Below are positions 20,161-29,252 of a stretch of 37,589 nucleotides of DNA, in pieces. The stretch lies in IMG/VR virus record IMGVR_UViG_641522623_000002, one strand, 5' to 3'. Under the pieces are notes generated by a model. It worked only from the letters and a program-made list of their open reading frames with translations, was not told the DNA's origin and did not search any database. The position numbers were made by a program, and so were the translations under genes. The DNA comes from a virus (Duplodnaviria > Heunggongvirae > Uroviricota > Caudoviricetes). Numbering within the stretch: the stretch's first letter is position 1; each line of letters begins with the position of its first letter.

Positions 20161-20687
20161 CAGATAAGCTCCACTGTGCAGTGCGGCGCATCCTGCACCC
20201 GGCTGATGGCCCAGCGGGCGTCACGCCATAAATCACCGCTTGCTTCCGCCAGTTCCTCGCCTCGCTTCGCACCGGATGCCGTGGCGTCATAGTCCTGGTA
20301 ACGTTCGTTGAGCATGGCGCGTGCCCAGCAGTAAACCGCGTTGAAATAGTGCTGAATGCGCTCGCTTTTGCCGTCCAGTTGTTCCGCCGGGACTGCTGCC
20401 AGCGAGGCATACCCCAGCATCTGCTGGCGTCTGCGAAACTCATACAGCTCTGCGTTGACCTCCGAAATTGCCGACAGCGCAACCTGCTTTAAACGCGGCT
20501 GCGTCACCGTGCCGTCAGTGCGCATGACACTGCGAAACTCCGACAGGTCCACATCAGGCCAGAACGGCGTATTTCTGATGATTTCCGCCTGTTCCGGTGC
20601 CTGTTCTGGCGCAACAAACTTCATGCTGCTTTCTCCTGAAATAAAGGGCGGTGGACGGGGTTTTGATGTGGCAGTGCCTTTCGCCAC
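20160..20687 (-). CDS. Head completion/stabilisation protein gpL
   Basis: 175 aa after M. Confidence 0.8.
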   Translation of the reverse strand: MAKGTATSKPRPPPFISGESSMKFVAPEQAPEQAEIIRNTPFWPDVDLSEFRSVMRTDGTVTQPRLKQVALSAISEVNAELYEFRRRQQMLGYASLAAVPAEQLDGKSERIQHYFNAVYCWARAMLNERYQDYDATASGAKRGEELAEASGDLWRDARWAISRVQDAPHCTVELI

Positions 20688-20719
20688 CCCGTGCCGCCCG
20701 TGCGCGGGGGCACGTTCTG

Positions 20720-21370
20720 TCAGCGGCTGTCATTGCGCAGTCTGCGCTCCAGCTGCTGTTTGTCTTTTTTCACGCCACAGCGGGGATCGAGCTGTAACGC
20801 ATGGTTGAGATGATTAAGGGCGGAAGCCGGATTGCTTTCACTCAGGACAGCGCCAATCGCTTTATGCAGACGCGCCCGTGACTGGTCCGGCATATCCAGA
20901 CCGTCTGTCAGCTCCAGCGTCTGCAGCAACAGATCGACATCGAAGCCGGTGGCGGCAAGCATTGCGCTCTGCGCCGCGTCTGCCATTTCCTCTGCCAGCA
21001 CGGTCTGCACGTTGCGGTTACCCAGCGGCATCACCCAGCCATGACGCAGGGCATGACGCCCGATCTCCAGCGCCCCGGCATAATCTCCGGCATCAATGCG
21101 CCACAGCATCACGTACATCAGCACGTCATCCTGTTGAGCGCCTCCGGCAGCCAGGACACCCTCCGCCCAGGCGGCGTACTTCGGCAGCAGCTCTACCTTG
21201 ATTTCCGCTTTTTTGACCGTGGACTGAACTCCCTTGAGACGGCGGCGGTCTTCCGCCAGTTGCAGCAGCATCAGGTCATAGCCCGACGCGTGGCGAACAC
21301 TGCCGCCCTCACGGGCGGCCTGTTCAGCCTGAACGCGCAGGCGATGCTGCCGTGCGGGACTCAGGCTCAT
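20720..21370 (-). CDS. Terminase endonuclease (small) subunit gpM
   Basis: 216 aa after N. Confidence 0.8.
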   Translation of the reverse strand: MSLSPARQHRLRVQAEQAAREGGSVRHASGYDLMLLQLAEDRRRLKGVQSTVKKAEIKVELLPKYAAWAEGVLAAGGAQQDDVLMYVMLWRIDAGDYAGALEIGRHALRHGWVMPLGNRNVQTVLAEEMADAAQSAMLAATGFDVDLLLQTLELTDGLDMPDQSRARLHKAIGAVLSESNPASALNHLNHALQLDPRCGVKKDKQQLERRLRNDSR

Positions 21371-21373
21371 GGA

Positions 21374-22432
21374 TTACGCTCCGGCTTCTGCTGCGGCGGC
21401 GCTGAAATCGCCAATCTGGATGTTTTCCACCAGTGCAGCGCAACGGTAGTCCTCAACCACGTAGGCTTCGTTAACGGATTCAAAGTTTTCAATCCGGTCA
21501 CGTTTCGGGTTGTCAATAACTGAACGGCGGCGGGTATCTTCCTGCCAGTAGATGGACAGGTTATCCAGACGGGTGATCAGCAGCGCATTCGGCGGGAAGA
21601 ACGGCGCACGCACGGCCTGCAGGCCACCCATGCGTTTCTGGCTGATGATCATATCGGCAGCCAGTTTTTCACTGTTTTCCTGCTCTTTGTTGACCAGCGG
21701 GAAATACTTGTCAGACAACAGTTCACGACCGCAAATCACCACCAGATCGTCATCGTCCTGGTAGACCACGTCGATAAGCTCATTGACCGCATCCATCACC
21801 ACGGCGTCCAGGTTGGCATATTCGCCACCTTTCCCGACTTTCACCGCACCCGGTGTGGTTTCACCGCCCGTGGTGGTGCTGCCCATGACATGATCCGGTG
21901 CATCCTCACGGATTTTCTGCAGCCAGCCTTTGTTCACATCCTGCAGCAGCGGGTTTTCGCTACGGTTGGAGGTTTTCGCACGCTTCACGCCGTTAAAGCC
22001 GATCATGATGCGGTCCAGTGCCTGACGTTTCACGATGGCGTCACGGATACGCACCTGGAAATCCTGAAACTTCGCCCACAAGTCCAGCTTCGCGTAGGTC
22101 AGCACCGTGTCAAAGTTGGTCTGCTCGCATTTGTATTCCACATCGACCATCAGCGTCGGATCGACAGGTTCACGCTCTTTCGCGGTGGTGTCAGTGGTTC
22201 CGGCAATGGTGCTGCCAACACCCAGCCCCAGCAACTGACCAGACTGCTCAGTCACTGGCGTGACGTTAATCAGCGTCAGGAAAGCGGCGGATTGCTGAAT
22301 CTGGTCTTCCAGCGTCTGCTGTACAGACGGCTCTACGGTGAACTTGCTGGACAGTTCTTCAACTGCCACACCGTTCAGACGCGCCAGCTGCTGCAGGTAA
22401 GCGTTAAAAGCAAAGCGGGTATTCTTCTTCAT
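21374..22432 (-). CDS. Major capsid protein gpN
   Basis: 352 aa after the scaffold gene. Confidence 0.88.
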   Translation of the reverse strand: MKKNTRFAFNAYLQQLARLNGVAVEELSSKFTVEPSVQQTLEDQIQQSAAFLTLINVTPVTEQSGQLLGLGVGSTIAGTTDTTAKEREPVDPTLMVDVEYKCEQTNFDTVLTYAKLDLWAKFQDFQVRIRDAIVKRQALDRIMIGFNGVKRAKTSNRSENPLLQDVNKGWLQKIREDAPDHVMGSTTTGGETTPGAVKVGKGGEYANLDAVVMDAVNELIDVVYQDDDDLVVICGRELLSDKYFPLVNKEQENSEKLAADMIISQKRMGGLQAVRAPFFPPNALLITRLDNLSIYWQEDTRRRSVIDNPKRDRIENFESVNEAYVVEDYRCAALVENIQIGDFSAAAAEAGA

Positions 22433-22448
22433 CGGGTTTTGTGCTCCA

Positions 22449-23282
22449 TCAGCAATTGGTCAGAGTGTCAGCGGGGGCGTTACCGCCTGTTGCACGCTGG
22501 CGGTAGTCCTGGCGGCTGTCTTCATGACTCAGCTTATTCACCAGTTCGTTAAAGGCGGTCTGCTGTGCCTGCAGGGCAGTCTCCAGCTCAGACAGACGTT
22601 CTTCCTGCTCAGAAAGGGATTTTTCGGTGCGTGCGCTCAGGTTTTGCTGCTCAGTAGCGACCAGCTCCACGGCCTTATGCACATCAGAGAACCGGGCGTC
22701 ATCGGACTGCTCTTTTTTGGTAAACAGCGCCGTGACACGGGCAAACAGGGACGGTTTGTCCTCCTGGATTTCTTCCAGTTCGATCACCGTTTCCTCTGCA
22801 GCGGTAAAGAGATTGGCAGGATTCTGCTTGCGGTTTGCCAGCGGGTTATGGGCTGCACTGGCGCTGAATGTCAGCATTTCAGTGCCCAGACTGGCAGGGT
22901 CATCTGTAGCAGCCAGGCCGACCAGGTAGGCTTTGCCCGTATCAGCAAACTTCGTGCTGACTTCCATAGAGGTGAATAATTTCTGGCCTTTTTTCACCAG
23001 TTCCACCAGGGACTCCGTTGGCTCAACGTCGGCATACAGTGCCATCTTGCCCGCCAGCGGACCTTCCGTGATTTCTTCAGCAAACAGCGCCGTCACCTTG
23101 CCGTAGCGGTTAAAGGTGCTGTCCGGCAGATAAGACTTGATGTGCTCAAGGTTAATCAGCGCGGTGTACACCGCCGGGTTGTAGCTGGCTGCCATCTGTT
23201 CCAGCCATTCACGCTGGATTTCGCGTCCGTCGGTGGTGGCACCTTCCACCCCGATGCGAAAACGCTTTGCTTTCACTGTCAT
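22449..23282 (-). CDS. Capsid scaffolding protein gpO
   Basis: 277 aa, first gene of the O-N-M-L operon, divergent from P. Confidence 0.85.
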   Translation of the reverse strand: MTVKAKRFRIGVEGATTDGREIQREWLEQMAASYNPAVYTALINLEHIKSYLPDSTFNRYGKVTALFAEEITEGPLAGKMALYADVEPTESLVELVKKGQKLFTSMEVSTKFADTGKAYLVGLAATDDPASLGTEMLTFSASAAHNPLANRKQNPANLFTAAEETVIELEEIQEDKPSLFARVTALFTKKEQSDDARFSDVHKAVELVATEQQNLSARTEKSLSEQEERLSELETALQAQQTAFNELVNKLSHEDSRQDYRQRATGGNAPADTLTNC

Positions 23283-23360
23283 GAGCCGTGCTCCGTTAGA
23301 AAAAACTTACTGGAGCCTTATGGTTGCGGTGATGGGGGCAGGGAAACAATGCGCGGTATT

Positions 23361-23378
23361 TGTACCGACAACCACACA
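23361..23378. promoter_or_regulatory. Candidate Ogr/B activator site (TGT-N12-ACA) in the divergent O/P late promoter region
   Basis: tgtaccgacaaccacaca inside the 142-bp O-P intergenic region. Confidence 0.4.
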
Positions 23379-23424
23379 AACCGCAGGCGGGGAAAGCCTT
23401 CATTCAAGGCTGTAGGTTTGTGCC

Positions 23425-25191
23425 ATGAACACCACACTGACACCCGCAGATCTCGATCCCCGTCGGCAGGCCATGCTGCTGTACTTTCAGGGATACCGCG
23501 TAGCCCGCATAGCTGAAATGCTGGGCGAGAAAGTTGCAACCGTTCACAGCTGGAAAAAACGCGACAAGTGGGGTGACTATGGGCCGCTGGATCAGATGCA
23601 GCTCACCACCACCGCACGCTACTGCCAGCTCATCATGAAGGAGCACAAAGAAGGGAAAGATTTCAAAGAGATTGACCTGCTGGCGCGCCAGTCGGAGCGC
23701 CACGCGCGGATCGGCAAGTTTAACAATGGCGGCAACGAAGCCGACTTAAACCCTAACGTCGCCAACCGCAACAAAGGCCCACGCCGTCAGCCGGAAAAGA
23801 ATGTTTTCACCGATGAGCAGATTGAGAAGCTGGAAGAAATCTTCCATTCCTCCATGTTCAACTACCAGCGCCACTGGTGGGAAGCCGGAAAAACCAACCG
23901 CATCCGCAACCTGCTGAAGTCACGCCAGATCGGCGCGACCTTTTACTTTGCCCGTGAAGCCCTGATTGACGCCCTGCTTACCGGGCGTAACCAGATTTTC
24001 CTTTCCGCCAGTAAGGCACAGGCTCACGTTTTTAAGCAGTACATCATCGACTTCGCCAAAGAAGTCGAGGTGGAGCTGAAAGGCGATCCGATGGTGCTTC
24101 CTAACGGAGCCACGCTTTACTTCCTCGGCACCAATGCCCGCACGGCCCAGAGTTACCACGGCAACCTGTATCTGGATGAATATTTCTGGATACCGAAATT
24201 CCAGGAACTGCGCAAAGTGGCTTCCGGTATGGCTATTCACAAAAAATGGCGACAAACCTATTTTTCCACGCCATCCAGCCTGACACACAGTGCTTATCCG
24301 TTCTGGTCCGGTGCGCTGTTCAACCGTGGGCGCAACAAAGCCGATAAGGTGGACATCGACCTGTCCCACAGCAATCTGGCCCCCGGCCTGCTGTGCGCAG
24401 ACGGGCAATACCGCCAGATAGTCACCGTGGAAGATGCAGTGCGCGGCGGATGTAACCTTTTCGACCTTGACCAGTTGCGCATGGAGTACAGCCCGGACGA
24501 ATACCAGAACCTGCTGATGTGCGAGTTTGTGGACGATCTCGCGTCCGTGTTTCCGCTCAGCGAGCTGCAGGCGTGCATGGTGGACAGCTGGGAAGTCTGG
24601 ACCGACTTTCATGCACTGGCTCTGCGCCCGTTTGGCTGGCGCGAAGTGTGGATCGGTTATGACCCGGCAAAAGGTACGCAAAACGGCGACAGCGCCGGAT
24701 GCGTGGTGGTGGCACCGCCAGCCGTGCCGGGCGGTAAGTTCCGCATTCTTGAGCGTCACCAGTGGCGCGGGATGGACTTCCGCGCCCAGGCTGACGCCAT
24801 CAAAAAACTGACCGAACAGTACAACGTGACCTATATCGGTATCGACTCGACCGGCGTTGGTCACGGGGTTTATGAGAACGTGAAAGCGTTCTTTCCTGCC
24901 GTCCGGGAGTTTGTCTACAACCCCAACGTTAAAAACGCCCTGGTACTCAAGGCCTACGACATTATCAGCCACCGCCGTCTGGAGTTTGACGCCGGGCACA
25001 CCGACATTGCGCAGTCATTCATGGCTATCCGTCGCGCCACCACCGCCAGCGGCAACCGCCCGACCTATGAAGCCAGCCGCAGCGAAGAAGCCAGCCACGC
25101 CGATCTGGCCTGGGCAACAATGCACGCACTGTTTAACGAACCGCTGCAGGGCGAGTCCGCCAATACCAGCAATATTGTGGAGATTTTTTGA
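23425..25191 (+). CDS. Terminase ATPase (large) subunit gpP
   Basis: 588 aa, divergent from O and followed by Q with an ATGA overlap. Confidence 0.88.
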   Translation: MNTTLTPADLDPRRQAMLLYFQGYRVARIAEMLGEKVATVHSWKKRDKWGDYGPLDQMQLTTTARYCQLIMKEHKEGKDFKEIDLLARQSERHARIGKFNNGGNEADLNPNVANRNKGPRRQPEKNVFTDEQIEKLEEIFHSSMFNYQRHWWEAGKTNRIRNLLKSRQIGATFYFAREALIDALLTGRNQIFLSASKAQAHVFKQYIIDFAKEVEVELKGDPMVLPNGATLYFLGTNARTAQSYHGNLYLDEYFWIPKFQELRKVASGMAIHKKWRQTYFSTPSSLTHSAYPFWSGALFNRGRNKADKVDIDLSHSNLAPGLLCADGQYRQIVTVEDAVRGGCNLFDLDQLRMEYSPDEYQNLLMCEFVDDLASVFPLSELQACMVDSWEVWTDFHALALRPFGWREVWIGYDPAKGTQNGDSAGCVVVAPPAVPGGKFRILERHQWRGMDFRAQADAIKKLTEQYNVTYIGIDSTGVGHGVYENVKAFFPAVREFVYNPNVKNALVLKAYDIISHRRLEFDAGHTDIAQSFMAIRRATTASGNRPTYEASRSEEASHADLAWATMHALFNEPLQGESANTSNIVEIF

Positions 25192-26216
25192 TGGGAAAGA
25201 GTAAGAAGAACCGCACTGCGGCGACGAAACAGATCCAGCTTAAAAGTCAAACTACAGCCGAAGCATTCAGCTTCGGCGATCCCGTTCCTGTTCTGGACCG
25301 CCGAGAACTGCTGGATTATGTGGAATGCGTACAGATGGACCGCTGGTATGAGCCGCCCGTCAGCTTTGACGGACTGGCGCGCACCTTCCGCGCTGCCGTG
25401 CATCATAGTTCCCCGATTGCAGTAAAGTGCAACATTCTGACCAGCACCTACATCCCTCACCCGCTGCTCAGCCAGCAGGCTTTTTCGCGTTTTGTGCAGG
25501 ACTATCTGGTATTTGGTAACGCCTACCTGGAGAAACGCACGAACCGCTTCGGTGAAGTTATCGCCCTTGAACCTGCCCTGGCAAAATACACCCGACGCGG
25601 GTTAGACCTGGATACCTACTGGTTTGTGCAATACGGTATGACCACGCAGCCATATCAGTTCACGAAAGGCAGCATCTTTCATCTGATGGAACCGGACATC
25701 AACCAGGAGATCTACGGCCTGCCCGGTTATCTTTCTGCCATTCCGTCAGCCCTGCTCAACGAGTCCGCCACGCTGTTCCGCCGAAAGTATTACATTAACG
25801 GCAGTCATGCTGGCTTCATCATGTACATGACCGATGCTGCGCAGAACCAGGAGGATGTGAACAACCTCCGCAACGCAATGAAAAGCGCCAAAGGTCCAGG
25901 CAACTTCCGCAACCTGTTTATGTACTCACCTAACGGCAAAAAGGATGGTCTTCAGATTATCCCGTTGTCAGAAGTCGCGGCAAAGGATGAATTTCTGAAC
26001 ATCAAGAACGTGAGCCGGGATGACATGATGGCGGCACACCGCGTGCCTCCGCAAATGATGGGTATCATGCCGAATAATGTTGGCGGGTTTGGGGATGTGG
26101 AGAAGGCATCCACGGTTTTTGTACGTAATGAATTAAAGCCTCTTCAACAACGAATTAGAGAGGTGAACAATTGGCTACATGATGACGTAATAAAATTCCA
26201 AGATTACTCCTTGTAA
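25188..26216 (+). CDS. Portal protein gpQ (3' end apparently replaced by AT-rich sequence)
   Basis: 342 aa; the last ~30 codons are markedly AT-rich, unlike the rest of the gene. Confidence 0.85.
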   Translation: MMGKSKKNRTAATKQIQLKSQTTAEAFSFGDPVPVLDRRELLDYVECVQMDRWYEPPVSFDGLARTFRAAVHHSSPIAVKCNILTSTYIPHPLLSQQAFSRFVQDYLVFGNAYLEKRTNRFGEVIALEPALAKYTRRGLDLDTYWFVQYGMTTQPYQFTKGSIFHLMEPDINQEIYGLPGYLSAIPSALLNESATLFRRKYYINGSHAGFIMYMTDAAQNQEDVNNLRNAMKSAKGPGNFRNLFMYSPNGKKDGLQIIPLSEVAAKDEFLNIKNVSRDDMMAAHRVPPQMMGIMPNNVGGFGDVEKASTVFVRNELKPLQQRIREVNNWLHDDVIKFQDYSL

Positions 26217-26220
26217 TTAA

Positions 26221-26256
26221 AGCCTCTTCTTTAGAAACCCATCCAAAGAAGAGGCT
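26221..26256. terminator. Bidirectional terminator between convergent Q and the cargo operon
   Basis: agcctcttcttt (26221-26232) pairs with aaagaagaggct (26245-26256); flanked by A/T runs. Confidence 0.7.
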
Positions 26257-26268
26257 TATTGCCACCCG

Positions 26269-26586
26269 TTATATACCACATACAAAATTGATCTTAACGC
26301 TTTTATCAACAACAAGCAGAGAAGTGCCAACAGACTTAATAAATCCCAGTTCATACTCTTCTGAATGCGTCATTGTAATAATATGAACAGGAACAAATAA
26401 ATCAAGCTCCCGCAGCTTTCGCTTCAATAATAAACCATCGACACAATCACCTATCACAAGCATATCAATATCATTTGCATCGCAAAAACTCTTTAATGCT
26501 GACCCAAATACATATACATCCACCATATATAAACTATGATGGATAATAACATCACAGATCGATTCAATCGTATGTTTAAAATTCAC
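26269..26586 (-). CDS. Minimal nucleotidyltransferase (Pol-beta superfamily, MNT-like), third gene of the cargo operon
   Basis: 105 aa; GS-x9-DxD motif (VYVFGSALKSFCDANDIDMLVIG); 1-nt overlap with the upstream gene; AT-rich. Confidence 0.7.
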   Translation of the reverse strand: MNFKHTIESICDVIIHHSLYMVDVYVFGSALKSFCDANDIDMLVIGDCVDGLLLKRKLRELDLFVPVHIITMTHSEEYELGFIKSVGTSLLVVDKSVKINFVCGI

Positions 26587-27245
26587 TACCGTGAAATTCT
26601 TCGTAATAAATCACCCAACTTGTAAAGCTCCACCCCGATACTTTGAGCAGCCTCTTTTGCCTGAGTCGTCAATCGTCCATTAGGATTGGAGGAAAAAACA
26701 ACATCACAATTGCCATGCAACCCTATCGCATCTCTTACAGAACCCGCTGTCATATCATAATCATTCGCAGCGATAATAACTAAGTCCGCCAAGCCACGTC
26801 TTTTAAGTCTATATTTTTTGTTGGTTTCTCGCTCTACAGAGCTTACATGTGAATGTTGATTGAACACTCTATTTATAAACAAATGCTCTTTATCAAGATG
26901 CTCAAGCGGATTATTAGCTCTTAAGGAAGATGCAATATGCCCAAATGAACCCACTCCTATTTTCTTTTGTTCTAGTAATCTCATTGCATCACCAGAGATA
27001 AATTCAACACCTCCCTTGACTGATAGAAAATCAATTTTTTTATTGTCTAGGTATTCATTTATCTCAGGACATGTTATCCGGCCAGTATTGATTGCCCCGA
27101 TCAAATAGGTGTCACCCTGTGTAGTATTAATCACTAAAGTACCATCATCTATCACCTCTATATTTTCGACACATTTATTTTCTTGTAATTTTCCTGCCAT
27201 CCATGAAATATAGCCTTCACTCGCATTTATGCTCATTGGATTCAT
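26586..27245 (-). CDS. Hypothetical protein, middle gene of the cargo operon (possible HEPN-like Rx4H motif)
   Basis: 219 aa; translationally coupled on both sides; contains RVFNQH; no confident family assignment from sequence alone. Confidence 0.6.
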   Translation of the reverse strand: MNPMSINASEGYISWMAGKLQENKCVENIEVIDDGTLVINTTQGDTYLIGAINTGRITCPEINEYLDNKKIDFLSVKGGVEFISGDAMRLLEQKKIGVGSFGHIASSLRANNPLEHLDKEHLFINRVFNQHSHVSSVERETNKKYRLKRRGLADLVIIAANDYDMTAGSVRDAIGLHGNCDVVFSSNPNGRLTTQAKEAAQSIGVELYKLGDLLRRISR

Positions 27246-27937
27246 CCTATAAATAGTTCAGATGCAGCTTCTGGAAACCTACTACCATTAGCATCGGTTA
27301 AGCCCAAATGTTTTGATTCAAAGTCATCTATATGAACACAAAGCTTTGAAAAAACATTCTTCTCATCTTCACTCATGAGGTGATAGTTTTGTTCAACCAG
27401 TCGCTGTACTTTTCTATTGTTGGGTAAGATATGAGATTGTACTTTTCTTAACCATACTTCTGCATTTGGATTTTCAGGGTCAACGCTGTTCTCTTGGGTT
27501 GGTCCATATGTTACAAAAATGGTATTGTTTTCTCTGAAGTATTTTTCTAACTCCTGTCTAACAGATTCTCGATTGTCATATGTTTTAACACCAAAGGTTG
27601 CATTTATTTTATCAATATGGCCGTTTTTCCAAGAACGGATAATTTCATCAGTAAAATGTTCCTCTGCCTTATCAATTGTCGTATGGCAATTAGCACATAG
27701 AAGAATAATGTTGTCAAAATGACCTCTCTGCTCATCAGTTAGATCAGCATTGGTTCTAGGTCCATTATCAATGGCACTAAAAATGTGAGCAAGTTCTCCA
27801 ATTGTTATATTTTTGTCGCCAGCATCAACAAACAAAGGTTGCAAGCATTGTGGATTTTGGCAAAAGCCACCTGAGCTGGCAAAAAGCCGTCTAACTGTAT
27901 TAGCGTTTGGAGAAGCTTTTCCCCTACTGCAAGCCAT
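27242..27937 (-). CDS. HNH-motif nuclease-like protein, first gene of the cargo operon
   Basis: 231 aa; CQNPQC...GELAHI...NIILLCANCHTTID (Cys pair, His, Asn, C-x2-CH) typical of HNH/His-Me finger nucleases; AAGG ribosome-binding site upstream. Confidence 0.7.
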   Translation of the reverse strand: MACSRGKASPNANTVRRLFASSGGFCQNPQCLQPLFVDAGDKNITIGELAHIFSAIDNGPRTNADLTDEQRGHFDNIILLCANCHTTIDKAEEHFTDEIIRSWKNGHIDKINATFGVKTYDNRESVRQELEKYFRENNTIFVTYGPTQENSVDPENPNAEVWLRKVQSHILPNNRKVQRLVEQNYHLMSEDEKNVFSKLCVHIDDFESKHLGLTDANGSRFPEAASELFIG

Positions 27938-28009
27938 GAACTAACCTTAAAAGTATAGAAATTAGGATGTTAATTTATTACTGAACAACCCTATAAGCAA
28001 GCTTGCTAA

Positions 28010-28070
28010 TTGTGGTGAGCGCGCGCTCGTATCCCCGCCACGCCTGCCCGCTTTATGTAGTGGTTTTTAT
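28010..28070. other. Putative cos site (terminase cleavage / cohesive-end region)
   Basis: The minus strand reads GGCGTGGCGGGGATACGAG (28026-28044), matching the recalled start of P2/186 cohesive ends (GGCGTGGCGGGGA...); lies between the Tum operon side and Q as in P2/186. Confidence 0.5.
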
Positions 28071-28092
28071 GCACCTGCATGATCTACGCAAA

Positions 28093-28112
28093 AGCCCGCC
28101 AGAACTGGCGGG
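28093..28112 (-). terminator. Terminator hairpin downstream of the lipoprotein gene
   Basis: gcccgcca-gaac-tggcgggc; on the minus strand it is followed by TTTTG. Confidence 0.5.
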
Positions 28113-28217
28113 CCTTAACACAAAAGATCCTCAAACGATCATGCGATCTCATGCAGCATAGACATGCGCGTTTATGCAGAATGTGCAAAATCGTAACATA
28201 CTCAGTAAGCGTGAAAC

Positions 28218-28895
28218 CTAGAACGTGACAGCCTTGTCAAAGCCAGAAATAATTGTATAAGAAATAGACGAGTTATCAGCCTTGTTCACTTTGAACTTGG
28301 CACCTTTGTAAGCGATAACATCACTTCCCTTAGAATCTACAGAAAAATCTGTTGTAAATGCTGCACGAGCCATATCGTTTGCAAATTCACGATAGGTGAA
28401 CTTCATTACACCGCCTGCATTTCCATTGTATTCGATAGTCTTAACCAATGAATTACTCACTCGACACAGCCCATCAGGAACACGTTTGATAGAAATTTCT
28501 GATGCAGTATAAGAAGTGCCATTTGGCGGTGATATCTCATTTTTTGCAGCATCGTAACTAACATAATCAACATAGTTACCGATTTGCCCATAGAGATTTT
28601 TTAACGCAACAGCTTGAGGGTTATGATAATTGCGGTAAATTCCATTCCCCTCACTGCAATATGTACCAGCAGCGATAGAAGACAATGCACCATTAGCCGC
28701 ACCAAGTTCTAGTACGTCCGTTTTAAATCCAGTAGCAGATGTGATAATGGGATCGCCCATGTAGGCGGTAGCACTTTGCCCAATAGCTGGCTTCACCACT
28801 TCAATAGCAGTGATATTTCGGTTAGAAGCATGTGGCACGCAACCAGTTAGGATTACAGCAAGAGATATTGGTAACGCTACATTATTAATTTTCAT
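28218..28895 (-). CDS. AT-rich cargo gene: predicted lipoprotein of unknown function
   Basis: Signal peptide MKINNVALPISLAVILTGC with lipobox LTGC; about 225 aa from this Met (the ORF track extends to 28949); AT-rich; between the Tum operon and cos. Confidence 0.65.
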   Translation of the reverse strand: MKINNVALPISLAVILTGCVPHASNRNITAIEVVKPAIGQSATAYMGDPIITSATGFKTDVLELGAANGALSSIAAGTYCSEGNGIYRNYHNPQAVALKNLYGQIGNYVDYVSYDAAKNEISPPNGTSYTASEISIKRVPDGLCRVSNSLVKTIEYNGNAGGVMKFTYREFANDMARAAFTTDFSVDSKGSDVIAYKGAKFKVNKADNSSISYTIISGFDKAVTF

Positions 28896-29008
28896 TTTTA
28901 GCCTATTATTCTTTTCTTGACAAAAAACAAGGCGATATCTGATTGACATCGCCTCTCACTCATATGTAACCCTTTTTGATTAGTAAAAACAAGCGTCTAT
29001 TGACAAAA

Positions 29009-29242
29009 TCAATGCAGCCAGCTGTCGTCTTCCCACACCTTCTGCAAAATTTTCATCACTTGTTTTCTTTCTTCGTCCAGTTGCAGTCCGGTCAGTTCCA
29101 CACCGTTAGAGCTACCTTTACGGATACGGATTACCGTTTTGGGATACAGGGGGCGCAGATTGCGGTAAAGCTCGGATTCAAGGGCGTCCAGGGTAGACTG
29201 GCTAATCTTCTGCTCTTTATCGATCATTATTTCAATGCGCAT
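29009..29242 (-). CDS. DinI-family protein
   Basis: 77 aa from MRIEIMIDK...; resembles E. coli DinI (MRIEVTIAK...) and has the acidic C-terminus WEDDSWLH; GAGGTGA ribosome-binding site; second gene of the LexA-box operon. Confidence 0.7.
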   Translation of the reverse strand: MRIEIMIDKEQKISQSTLDALESELYRNLRPLYPKTVIRIRKGSSNGVELTGLQLDEERKQVMKILQKVWEDDSWLH

Positions 29243-29252
29243 AAAAGTCACC

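Noticed and set aside
23920-24999. 359-aa minus-strand ORF
   Set aside because: Entirely antisense to the terminase large subunit gene P; no ribosome-binding site or recognisable domain.
28896-28949. Longer N-terminal extension of the lipoprotein ORF (start at 28949)
   Set aside because: The extension (MSIRYRLVFCQEKNNRLK) precedes a canonical signal peptide that begins at an internal Met with its own ribosome-binding site; the shorter start is more plausible.
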